This document shows, piece by piece, positions 11,557-22,730 of a DNA stretch of 64,000 nucleotides. This stretch comes from Chrysemys picta bellii. Lineage: Eukaryota. The notes beneath the pieces are model-generated. The model saw only the letters and a program-made list of their open reading frames with translations. It did not search any database and had not been told where the DNA came from. Within the stretch, counting starts at the first letter, position 1. Each line of letters starts with the position of its first letter. Location: assembly GCF_011386835.1 (NCBI RefSeq), contig NC_088791.1:351416001-351480000 (forward strand), given 5' to 3'. Position numbers and translations under genes: made by a program.

Positions 11557-13060
11557 GATTGCCAGATTTCTACGGCATCATTAGCCCAAAGTGACTTAAA
11601 AACTACGCTAGAAGTAGCTCCATCTATTTCTTGAAACAAAGGGTTTTTTTTAATTAACTCATTAGCCTACACATCAAGATCAGGATGGAAGGTTTTATTA
11701 GATCTCTAGATTAGATTTGATTTTTTTTTTAAAAAGCTACTAGCTCCTGCAGGAGTTGGTGAATATTAGCAACAAAACCGTGAGATGACAATCAAATTCC
11801 AAATCAAAATCCCAGTACTGGCACTTGTATCCCGATTGAGGTTTGGCTGGTGTTTCAAACGAAAAACAGAGAATTACGGTATTAAATATAACCCCAAAGT
11901 AGCCGCAAACATGTGTAGCTAAAAACAACAATGTCATTATTATGTTATTTATTTCTAATGGCATTAGATGATGGAAGCCAATGTTCATATTTTGAGTTGA
12001 ATTAGTTCGCTAATGTTAGTCTCTAAAAGGCAACATTTCATACTCACTGTCTTCACTGGGAGAAGAATGCTTCTGCTGCTGCTCATATATATCAGCAATG
12101 ACCAGAACAATCATTTCTTTCATTAGCAAATTCTTCACAACAGATTTTGGTCGTTGCATATACTCCTTAAGAATATTTTCTAAAAGTTCCTCTAGTATCT
12201 TGTTGCACAGTTTTGTTTTTATCAAGTTCATCTGAAAAAAAATCGTTAAACTGAAGCGTTGCTAAAAGGTAGCAACAACAATGAAAAAGCAAAACAAGCC
12301 AAATTCATTAAAGTCTTTGTCCCCAGTGGCATCCATGTGTTCAAGATCTTGAACCCAAAACTGCTCTACTTGGCTGTTCTGAGTATGAGGCCAGTGAACC
12401 ATAGGCAAAACTCTCCATTGCTGCTCCAACTGGACAAGGTCTCCACTAACCGATGTCAAAAATGAGATATCAGCTGAACTAAGTTGTCCCAAGCTGAGCG
12501 CAGGAAAAAGGACTTCGTAGCGCAAGCGATTCAATTACCTCGACCTTTGGTGATAATCTCTGTTTCATCTGTTGCAAAAACCCCAATATGAAATTTCGAT
12601 ATCTACTTTTGACATCTTTGACAACGTGAACGGTTAGTGTCGGTTTTGAAAGTTCTAGCTGAAAAATGACTGTGCAAAGTGGTCAGTAATTTGACTCAAC
12701 AGTTATTGTCATAGTTTCATGCAGCAGTCCTATTCTCAAAAATACATAATTTCAGAACTCTCACCAACAAGCTCTAAAGAATGTCCTCAATTCCTGCAGC
12801 AGCTTTCCTGTATTATCACTTTCCAACTGAAACATTTGGTTTATCCTCCAGGTTTCCTGAATTACTGGACAGAGCAAAATCAGGTAAATTTTTCTCACTG
12901 GATCACTGCACATATGAAAAAGAAGTTTGGGATTGTAGTTTCTTTCTTTGGCTATCTGAAAGCGTAGCTTTAGTTCATCAAACTGATCAAGAACCCTGTT
13001 CACACAGGGACTAATGCAAAGCAACCTTGCTTCAGAAAGCTGCATTATCTTCTGGTAGTC
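11557..13060 (-). mobile_element. Degraded hAT DNA transposon (transposase C-terminus and terminal sequence), unit 1
   Basis: Fragments MDATGDKDFNEFGL and QMNLIKTKL match the hATC dimerisation motif SNAxVERxFSxMNLIKT; ttgccagat end resembles GGGTTGCCA-type hAT termini. Confidence 0.65.
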
Positions 13061-13236
13061 TGGAAGTCATGGAAAGGCCGAGTGACGGGTATGTGGGGTT
13101 GGGGGTTGTGATGCTTAAAGAGATCAGGTGATGGTTAGAGAAAGGGAACTATGCAACAGAAAGAGGAGTGCTTGGAATGAGGAGAAATCCTTTCCTCCGC
13201 TTGTCACAGAGGATTAACGTCAGTGGTCCCATGTGA

Positions 13237-14175
13237 TCACCTTCTGCAGATGTATTTGACCACTTTGTCACGAAGCTCTTTGGTTTTGACCCCATAAATG
13301 ATCGGGTTGAGCATGGGGGGGATGAGGAAGAAGAGGTTTGCAAAGATGATGTGAACGTGGGGAGTGATACTCTGACCGAACCGGTGTGTCAGAGTGGAGA
13401 AAAAGAAGAGAGTAAAAGACATCATCATCACACAGACGTGGGCTGTGCAGGTGTTGAGAGCTTTCTGGTAGGCTTTCTTGGAGGAGATTTTGAGGACGGC
13501 CCTGATGATCAGACCATAGGACAGGGCAACCAGTATCAGATCTAACCCAATTACTACAAATGCCATCACCAAGCTGTATGTCTTGTTGACAGTGGTGTCC
13601 CCACACGACATCTTCGCCACAGCTATATGCTCGCAGTACGTGTGGGGGATAATGCGGTTGGCACAAAATGGCTGCCTACTCAGAAGCAGGGGCAGGGGCA
13701 GAATGAAGAAAACAGCTCTCATCAAACCCGCAAGCCCTAGCTTAGCTATTCGTGCATTGGTGAGGATGGTGGCATACCTCAGAGGGTTACATATGGCAAC
13801 ATAGCGATCGAAGGCCATTGTCACGAGGACGGCTGACTGCATAATAGAAACTGTGTGAAGGAAGAACATCTGGGTGAGGCAGCCACCCACAGTAATGCCC
13901 TTGAAATTGAACCAAAATATACACAGTGCCTTTGGCACGACGGAGGTAGACGTGCCAATGTCTGTGAGAGCCAGCATGCAGAGCAACAGGTACATCGGCT
14001 TGTGCAGGGTCTCCTCTTTGCCTACAACAAACAGAAGCATGAAATTTCCCAACAGGACAATAATGTAAAACATAGAGAAAGGGATGGAAATCCAGACGTG
14101 GGCAGCTTCTAGGCCAGGGATGCCCAATAGGATAAATGGTGAAGGGTCAGAGGGGGTGAGGTTGAAAGCTGCCAT
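13237..14175 (-). CDS. Olfactory receptor, class I, family 52-like, paralogue 1 (312 aa, intact)
   Basis: LHKPMYLLL, MAFDRYVAICNPLRY, HTYCEHIAVAKMSC, KALNTCTAH, THRFG, PPMLNPIIYGVKTK; NLT sequon. Confidence 0.95.
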   Translation of the reverse strand: MAAFNLTPSDPSPFILLGIPGLEAAHVWISIPFSMFYIIVLLGNFMLLFVVGKEETLHKPMYLLLCMLALTDIGTSTSVVPKALCIFWFNFKGITVGGCLTQMFFLHTVSIMQSAVLVTMAFDRYVAICNPLRYATILTNARIAKLGLAGLMRAVFFILPLPLLLSRQPFCANRIIPHTYCEHIAVAKMSCGDTTVNKTYSLVMAFVVIGLDLILVALSYGLIIRAVLKISSKKAYQKALNTCTAHVCVMMMSFTLFFFSTLTHRFGQSITPHVHIIFANLFFLIPPMLNPIIYGVKTKELRDKVVKYICRR

Positions 14176-14219
14176 GAGGTGGTCAATGCATCAATCGGGC
14201 TCAGAAATGCTCAGGGTGC

Positions 14220-14256
14220 CTGTGAAGGGAGAAAAGCACAGGTAGGGGGTTACACA
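14220..14256 (-). other. 3' splice site and branch-point region of OR52 paralogue 1 coding exon
   Basis: Minus strand tgtgcttttctcccttcacag|g preceded by gtgtaac; AG exactly 44 nt upstream of the ATG in all five paralogues. Confidence 0.75.
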
Positions 14257-14690
14257 CTTTATAACAAATATTTGATAATTATTAACAATCTAGAATGGGG
14301 GGGTGAGCAGTGAGGTGACAACATTTGCAGATGGCACCAAATTATTTAGGTCATAGTCAAGTCCCGAGAAGTCCTCAGAGGGAGCTAACCCAGCGATGTG
14401 AATGGCACATGACCTTCAATGTCAATAACTGCAACATGTATGCCCATTGGAGGAAAAAGCATGAACTCCTCAAACACCTAACAAGGTTATAATTTAATTA
14501 CATGAGCTCAAGACATGGACTTTGGTGTCAGGGTGCACAGCCCTATGAAGCTCCCAGGGCAAGCAGGGACAGAAACTAAGCAAAATATTGAAATCCAGGA
14601 GGAGTGGGATGGGAAATCACACAGAAAATACAATGCCATGAGATCAGTCTGACAATGTTTCACTCTCCTCTGTGTAGTCCTGGGCACCCT

Positions 14691-14802
14691 GGGCTGTAGC
14701 CCAGGAAAGCTTATGCTCTAATAAATTTGTTAGTCTCTAAGGTGCCACAAGTACTCCTGTTCTTTTTGCGGATACAGACTAACACGGCTGCTACTCTGAA
14801 AC
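14691..14802 (+). mobile_element. Penelope pLTR fragment
   Basis: gggctgtagcccaggaaagcttatgctctaataaatttgttagtctctaaggtgccac..ctactctgaaac; absent at paralogous sites 33.77 and 58.79 kb. Confidence 0.8.
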
Positions 14803-15689
14803 CCTCTCACACAGGATATTGCAGGACTAGAGGGGTTCAGGGAAGGGCAACGAAAATGATCAAGGAAAAAGGTTGAAGAGACTGGGATCATTATCTTACA
14901 AAGGAGATAAATACGAGGGGATATGAAAAAAGTCTATAACATACTGACTGGTAGAGAGTAGATTGAGAATGTGTTCTCCCTGTTTGATAACACAAGATCA
15001 AGAGAGCATTCAATTACACTGAAACATGGCAAGTTCAAAACAGATCAAAAAGAATGCTATATTCACTTGATACCTAATTAAACTGAGAAACTAGTTGCCA
15101 CAAAAGGAAGTTGAGGCCAGGTGCTAAGCAAGAATCAGGAAGGCTTTGGACATCTACATGGATAGTGTCACTATCCAGTTACAATAGTTACAGCTACATG
15201 AATATTTTGGAAAGCCTATATGACCACGTGTTTCAGGACACAAGCCAATCTCTAACTGTTAGGCATTTGGTTGACACCCTCATGATAGTTAGTTCATCCC
15301 CCTGCATAAACCCACTTCTGGGTTTCTTATACTTTGTACTGCAGCACCTGGGGCTGTCACTGTCAGAGAGAGGACACTGGATTAAATGGACTATAGGTCT
15401 GATCCACGATGCAGTTCCTATATTGGAAAGGAGCCAATGGATATAGACATTCTCATGCTGGCATATGACTTTGTACTCCAGAGAATGGGCATGAGGGGCA
15501 CAAGTGTTGTGGTATTTCCAACTATAGGCTGGCACCTCTATCACTTCCCTTGTTTCTTTTGGTAAGACACTTTCTTGCAGGCACCCAGCTTTGTCTGAGG
15601 CATAAGTTACAGGTGGTAACTGACAAGTGTAAGCAGAGACATGGGTCAGCAGCTCACCTGCCAACCCTTCTCATGCCTGAATATTAAAG

Positions 15690-16350
15690 AAGTTTGCAGA
15701 TGATGCAACAATTGGGGGTTGATAAATAATGAAGAGGACAAATTACTGATTCAGAACAATCTGGACTGATTGGAAAATTTGGTCGAAGTAACCAAAATAT
15801 GTTCTAATTTGGCAATCTAAATATCTACATCTAGGAACAAAGAATGTGGGTGATGCTTACACGATGGGGGGATATCATGGGAAGTGCAATGACCCTGAAC
15901 TAGATTTGGGGGCATGAAGGGATAATTAGCTAAACAGGAGCTCCCAGTGTGACCATGTGGCCAAAAGAGCTTGAGATGATAACAGGAGAAATCTGAAGGA
16001 GAGGTAGAGATGTTATTTTACCTGTATATTTGGCACTGGTGTGACTGCTGCTGGAATCCTCTGTCCAGTTCTTGTGTCCATGATTAAAGATGGATGTTGA
16101 TACACTGAACAGGGTTCAGAGAACTATCACAAGAGTTAATAAAAGATTAGAAAACCTGCCCAATAGCGATAGACTCAAAGATCTCAATCGGTGTAGTTTA
16201 ACAAAGCTGGTTAAGGGGTGACTTGATAACAGTCCGTAAGTACCTACACAGGGAACCAATATTTAATAATAGGCTTTTCAGACTATCATACAGGGGTGTA
16301 ATAGGATCCAATGGCTATAAGTTGAAGTTATAGAAATTCTGTCTGGAAAT
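15690..16350 (+). mobile_element. Old CR1 RT/3' fragment (paralogous pieces near 35.7-36.3, 49.8-50.4 and 59.8-60.2 kb)
   Basis: aagtttgcagatgatgcaac (KFADD), catctaggaacaaagaat (HLGTKN), ggcactggtgtgac motifs. Confidence 0.65.
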
Positions 16351-17202
16351 AAGTATGAGATTACAGTAACTCTCCTGTCAGCTCATTTTTTATTCAAACG
16401 AGCTTATCCGTCCTTGGATGCCACAGGATGACTCCAGTTGAAGTCACAAGGCTCATGGCTGGTGCAAATCAGGCTATTAATTTAAGTCCCAACATGTGGA
16501 TTCAGGGTGAACTCCTGACTCTTTTCAGAGCTTTGCCATTGATCTCAATGGGATGAGATTCACCCTGAGTTTTTTATTTTTGGCTACAAGCTGCAAAAAT
16601 CACGGGTTTGGGACATGGTACAGAAAGCACACTTCTGTAAGGGTGCTGAAAGTGTATGAAGGAAACCCCCAGTTTTTGTGGCGTTCTGAGACTGGGCATG
16701 AAAGAAGGGGATTCCAAAACACGTGGGCCCTGATTTGGCTCTCAGAGAGGCCAGTGTCAATCTGGAGTGACCCAGTGAAGGTCAAATGCGAGAGCAGAAT
16801 CTGGCCAGTGTGCGGCCCATTCTTGTTGTGAACCCTCTGGTAACACAGATACCCACTGAAGAGGTTTTGTTTGCACTTCCCAATAAGGCAGTGAAGTCGC
16901 TGAATTGGAAAAATTGAGTGAACCAGAGGAAAAACCACACCACCCAAAAAAAGAAGATATTGAGACAGTTAGAAGGACACAGTAAGAGACAAGGAATTGA
17001 TCTTAAAAATAAATATTTGTCTAAACTATCTCCAGTGCATATTTACTTTCAATTTTACCAGGTAAATCCCTTAGTGTTTCTGACAATACTAAACAAACAG
17101 TTCAAGTCACTGTGCTGGTGAATTCCTGCACAGATGGTTCCTGACTTGCACCCTGGAACCCTTCCTGAGCCCTCAGCACTAACTTTAGTGCAGGAACAGG
17201 CA

Positions 17203-17460
17203 ACTCACCGAAATCCTGCTCAGCAGAGAGAAGTCTCTTTATGGCGACAGGAAGGTAGAGCCCTAAAAATCAAGGTATAAATCTCACATGTCTGACACTT
17301 GCCATGTTGGGTAGCAATATTTATGATTCCCCTGTACAGTCCCTGGGGACTCTCAGGTTGGCAGGACTCCCAGACAATTCCCTTGGCTCTATGAGCAGCA
17401 GGAAGAGCAGAAAATAGACCCTGGAGAACTACAACTTGAGAGCCTCCCCCGGGAGTGAAG
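17203..17460 (-). promoter_or_regulatory. Candidate promoter / first non-coding exon of OR52 paralogue 1
   Basis: G|GTGAGT donor (17203-17209), conserved TTTATGATT (17320), O/E-like TCCCTGGGGA (17340), ACCCTGGAGA (17418), TCCCCCGGGA (17445). Confidence 0.5.
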
Positions 17461-17644
17461 AAATGATTTGCTGATACCAGGGGCTCAAGATTGTCAGGGT
17501 AAACTGTCTTGCAGACTCTTGTTCAGCCTAACAATTGACAATGGGATTTTTTTCTTCTGTGTGTAATGTACGGCCATCTACACTATCTGTGGGAATACTG
17601 CCACAAGATATGGGACCAAAAATCTTTTTCAATTGATAGTAGCA

Positions 17645-17800
17645 GCGTATCGCTGCATACAGCCCATGCAGTTGTAATGTACAGTGCATTAGCCTCTGCA
17701 AAGTCAATGCCACTCTGTGAAGGCCAAACGAAGTGATCCTTAATTGATTCAAGCCGTAGGGTATGGAAAACGCTGTCTTCTCCCAGGATTCTGGCATCAA
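17645..17800 (-). mobile_element. Gypsy/Ty3 RT remnant (paralogues near 25655-25800, 40415-40563, 52950-53095)
   Basis: PESWEKTAFSIPYGL..TSFGLHRVALTLQRLMHCTLQLHG, resembling TAFxTPxGLYxFxxMPFGLxxAPATFQRLM. Confidence 0.6.
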
Positions 17801-18928
17801 AGGTATTTGCCAGTATCCCTTTGTGAGCTCTAAAGCAGATATACATCAGGAAGCTGAAACACTTCTAATATTTCATCTCCTTTCTGCATCAGGTAATCAG
17901 ACAGCTAAGGAACAGAAACAAACCCCCTATAGTCGCAGTGAAATTCCTTGCTGAGTGTTGACCTCCCGGATGGATTGATGGCTGTTTTGGCCAGTGCCAG
18001 GAGCAGTCTGATGAGGACTTGTGACTCAATGGTGTTACCCTGCTGGTAAGGGTGGGGTTCAGCACCGAGGGCCTTTGGTTAAGAGACTAGGAGACCCACT
18101 CCATAAAACACACATCATTTACTGAGTGATACAGTAGCGTACATACACAATAGAAAAAACTTGCTCTTTATGATTCATCTTAATCCCAGCTCTGTTCTTG
18201 CTAGCGGGGGCCCTCTAGATCACAAGGCAAGGTGTCCCTTGCTTGTTGTAATTCAGTGTCTGAATAACAAAACAACTCCCCTCTCTGTCCTACCCTCTAT
18301 GCTCCGAGGCGAACAACCCCCTGCATATTTACAAACTTCAAAAGAAACCTGTCTCCAAGCAAACTTTTCTCATTTTCCCACCAATAAGTAATGGCGGCCA
18401 CCTACTAATCCTAACCATTGTCTATGAACACCGTGCATGGCAGGGCTGCACTCTATCACTAACTATGATCTCTTCCCGTGGTCCAAGGGCTCAGTTCTCT
18501 TACTCTATAATGGGGCCACGTATGCGGGAGAAGGGCAAGCACTGTTGTCTTCTCCAGTCCTGGTACCCATTGTCCAGAAGGTCTGAGACTGACACCAGCT
18601 AGGACCGACCTCTGGTGAGGGACCCTCTGCCACCAGGGTAAGGAGATGGGGGTGAGGCAGTAAGCTGGCTATCAAATCTAGATATACATTTGTAGTCGTT
18701 GCTACCTAACGAAGCTATAGGAAAGAAGAAGATTAAACTCCAAGTGGAACAGAGTCTTGTGATATTTGCATGTCTCCTTTGGGGATTTGGGATTTTGTCC
18801 TTCCTGCACAGAAATTGATATTGAGAGACCTCTGCCAGGGACAAATGGTTGGGGGTGACTGTGGGCCGAGCTCCTCTTGGTAGCTTTCCTATTTTGGAAT
18901 TGTAGGACAACTTTACTTATACGACAAT

Positions 18929-19207
18929 CAGGGCTGGCTCCAGGCACCAGGCAACCAAGCACATGCTTGGGGCGGCACCTGGTAAGGGGTGGCCAATCTT
19001 GGGGTGGCAGGGGGCAGCGCGGCGCGACATTAGGCGGGCGGGAGGGGCGCTCTGGTGGCGTGGCGCGCGGCGCACGGTGGGGGGGCGGCGCGGGGTGCGG
19101 CTCTCGGGGGGGGTTCCGGCAGCGTGGCGCTCGGCGGGGGGGGGGGCTCGGCAGAGCGGCACTTTTTTTTGCTGCTTGGGGCAGCAAAAAAGTTACAGCC
19201 GTCCCTG
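18929..19207. mobile_element. GC-rich hAT-type MITE
   Basis: TIRs cagggctggct / agccgtccctg; perfect 8-bp TSD acgacaat at 18921-18928 and 19208-19215. Confidence 0.88.
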
Positions 19208-19224
19208 ACGACAATGATTTACCT

Positions 19225-19310
19225 AGCAGCAGAGTCCTGTGGCACCTCACAGACTAACAGACGTATAGAATCATGAGCTTTTGTGTGAAATACCCACTTC
19301 TTTGGATGCA
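19225..19310 (-). mobile_element. Penelope pLTR fragment with 10-bp TSD
   Basis: gagtcctgtggcacctcacagactaac..; tgatttacct duplicated at 19215-19224 and 19311-19320. Confidence 0.75.
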
Positions 19311-21129
19311 TGATTTACCTGCGACTCAGCCTAAGAAGGGTCCAGGATTGCAGTGAATTTTTTTCATTCTGCACCAGGAGACCAAAGTCTGGGCAAAAAA
19401 ATCTAATCTCTACGTCAGCCCAACCTAGTGGAGAACATGGAGAAGCACAGAACCAGCTGATCCCTCTATGCAGAGTGATTCCCAACTCAGCAACCACCTC
19501 AAGTACAAAACCCTGAATGCTTTAATAGTGTGTGTGGGGGGGAACCTACTTCAGTCATTGCTTTCCCAGAGCAGTCAGTGTGACCCATCTAATCCCGCCC
19601 ACCTCTGCCCATCTTTTTTGGGGGATAACAAGCTTACCAGACTGTGTGCTCTCCTTCAGCATCTCTATGGATGTTTTCTTTTAAGTGGGGTGACAGGACA
19701 GTTGGCTCCCAGATTGGTGCTGTACATGGGCATGGAGGGAGGGCTGGCACATAGACTGTGCCATGGGCGATGTACCACCATGCCACAGATGTATGTTGTT
19801 CACACGAACCATCAGTGTGTTAACCCCACCATGGCGCATGCTGGCCACCACCTCATGGACTCAGCAGTGGGACTCCAAGTGCCCTGAGTCGAGCTCACAC
19901 TGGAGACTGAAGCAAATGGGCTGCTGAAGTGATTTCTCCTGGGACATGCGGTGACCAAGAAACCCTGCCATGGGATCATGACTCTCAGGGCACAATGGGC
20001 CTGAATACGATGTAAAGGGAGTGGTGTCTGGCACCAAGGGAGCTGAGGGGCGTAAAGACCAGAGCCATGTGTGGCTGCGGGAGATGGCATCTCACCAAAA
20101 TGGTCCCCATCACCATGAGGCTGCATTCCCTCCACAGCCGGGGGCCTGCTGGGCTGAGGTGGCCACTGTGGTGGGGGGAACTTGTGGCAGGGGATGTGCT
20201 TCTCTCAGTACTCAGGGCCATTGGTAACAGCTCACTCCAGCTCCTCTACAGCCATGGTAAGCCATGACACAGGCTGCCCGTATCTGCCTGAGACAGGGCA
20301 GCCAGCTGCGTGCAGTGATGTTACATTCACCTTACTCAGACAGTGTGCTCCCCAAAGTTACACATTTCAGATTTTTTTCATGTATATGATATTTCAGAAG
20401 TCACTAAAATCCAGCCCAAAATCCAGTTTGTCCCATTCCCTACTGTACGTAGGGCAATGGTCCTGCTATTGTGGGAAACTTTCCTGGCTTCTGCAGCACC
20501 CAGGAGAATTGGCTAGTGAAAGGGTTTGAGTCCCCACTCCAATTCCCTTTACCCAGAGACCTGCCTCACCTCAAGGATTCCCCTTACACTCTCCTGTGTA
20601 GCAGATTCCTCGTAATGGTGACATGGCTGGCCCAGGATTCCTGGCAGGCTGAACCTCCAGTCTCATCGTGGTCACTTAGGACAGGTGCTAGGGTGGCCCC
20701 ACTCCAGGGTACCCTCTTCACACCAAATGCTTCTGTGACCCACTGATCACTACATTAAGTTCAAACCAAATATAATTTACTAAACGGTAATTGTTAAAAA
20801 AAAAAGAAAACATGAAAAATGTTCAAGAAACAAGGAACCCCACTCTGTGGGCACGGGGAACACCACAAACAACTGATGTAAGAAATGTTCCCAGTTTGTT
20901 CCTCACATGTCCCATGCCTCCAACCCAGGCCGTGACTTCTCTGCCTGATACTGCAAGTAAGGCAGCTGTTCTGGTGGTGGTCACACTCCCTCCGGCTCTA
21001 GGTTGTGGTACTCTTCTCCCCAGCATCTGTCCTTCCATCAGGTCTATGTACACCCTTCTGCCTTCTGGCCTGCTTCGCTTCCCTTATGTTTCTGGCTGCC
21101 GCTGCCCTGCCTCCAGCTCAGCTCAAAAA

Positions 21130-22480
21130 ATTGCCAGATTTCGACTGGATTATGACCCCAAATTTAAAAACTAACCAAAAAGTAACTCAATCTATTTCTT
21201 GAAGCAAACAGTTTTGGTTTTGGTTTTCAATCAACATGTTGGCCTATACATCAAGAAAGAAATGGAAGATTTCATTAGATATCTAGGACAGATTTTTTTT
21301 TTTTTTTAAAAAGCTACAAACCCCAGCAGGAGCTGGTGCACATTAGCAACAAAGCTATGAGATGATAATCAAATTCAAAATCAAAATCCCAGTACTGGTA
21401 CTTGTATCCCGATTGAGGGTTGGCAGGTGTTTCAAAAAAACAGTATTAAAAATAACCCCAAAGAAGCCCAAAACATATGTAGTGTAAAAACCACAATCAC
21501 ATTATTATGTTATTTTTTTCTAATGGCATTCAGGGATGGTAGTCAATGTCCATATTTTGAGATGAATTAGTTTCTTGCTGTTCATTTCTAAAAGGCAACA
21601 TTTCATCCTCGCTATCTTCATTGGGAGTCGAATGCTCCTCCTGCTGCTAATACATCAGCAGTGACCACTGCAATCATTTCTTTCTTTGATGCAAACTGTT
21701 CACAACAGATTTTGTGTCATAATAAGAATGTTTTCTAAAAGTTCCTCTTGCATCTTCTTGCACAATTTTGTTTTTATCAAGTTCATCTGAGAAAATCATT
21801 CAACTGTAGCATTGCTAGAAGGTAGCAACAGGAATGAAAGAGCAAACAAGCCAAGTTCTCTAAAGATTTTGTTCTCAGCAGAATCCGTGTGTTAGAGAAC
21901 TTCAAACTGCTCAACTTGGTTTTCCTGAGCATGAGGCCAGTGAACCATAGACAAACCTCCCCACTGCTGCTCCAACTGTCCAAAGTCTCCACAAACCAAT
22001 GGCAAAAATGAGATATCAGCCAATCTAGGTTGTGCCGAGCTGAGTGCAGTAGAAGGACTTAATACTGCAAGCGATCCAATCACTTTGACATTTGGTGCCA
22101 ATCTCTGTTTCATCTGTTTCAAAACTCAAACATGAAATCTCGACACCTATTTTAACATCTTCGACAATGTGAACTGTTAGTGTCTGTTTTGAGAGTTCCA
22201 GCTAGAAAGTGACTCAATGGTTTTGGTTGTAGTTTAATATAGCAGTCCCGTTCTCAAAAATACATGGTTTCACAACTCTCACCAATAAGCTCTAGAAGGT
22301 AAATTTTACTCACCGGATCACTGCACCTATGAAAAAGAAGTTCAGCATTGTTGTTTCTTTCTTTGTCTTTGGCTATGTAAAAGCGCAGCTTTAGTTTGTC
22401 AAACTGATCAAGAAACCTGTTCACACAGGGATTAATACAAGCCACCTTGCACCAGAAAGCTGCAATATCTTTTGGTGGTC
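21130..22480 (-). mobile_element. Degraded hAT transposon, unit 2
   Basis: Colinear paralogue of 11.56-13.06 kb. Confidence 0.62.
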
Positions 22481-22730
22481 TGGAAGTCATGGAAAGGGTG
22501 TGTGCGGGTTGGGGGCTGATGGGTGATACTGAAAGAGGCCAGGTGATGGTCAGAGAGAGGGAACTCAGCTATGGAGAGAGCAGAGCTTGGTGATGGAGTG
22601 ATAAGATATTAGGTATGTGGAATTTCTCGTACAGTGAACTTCCACAATGGTGAGTTAAGCCAAACTAAGAGAGAGCACCTGTGATTAACAAGGAGATATC
22701 ATTTCCCCATCTAGTCAGGAAGGTTTAATG

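Noticed and set aside
13268-14112. Overlapping alternative-frame and antisense ORFs across the OR genes
   Set aside because: Shadow ORFs of the OR codon pattern; their lengths and stops vary among paralogues.
18160-18600. Possible Gypsy integrase fragment (paralogue 41740-42190)
   Set aside because: Only a faint resemblance (GLEKT..WPHYR); insufficient to call.
19490-20380. Possible decayed retroelement coding region (DIRS, Tx1 or R2-like)
   Set aside because: Long frames with few stops, but I could not find a diagnostic motif; needs tblastx against Repbase/Dfam.
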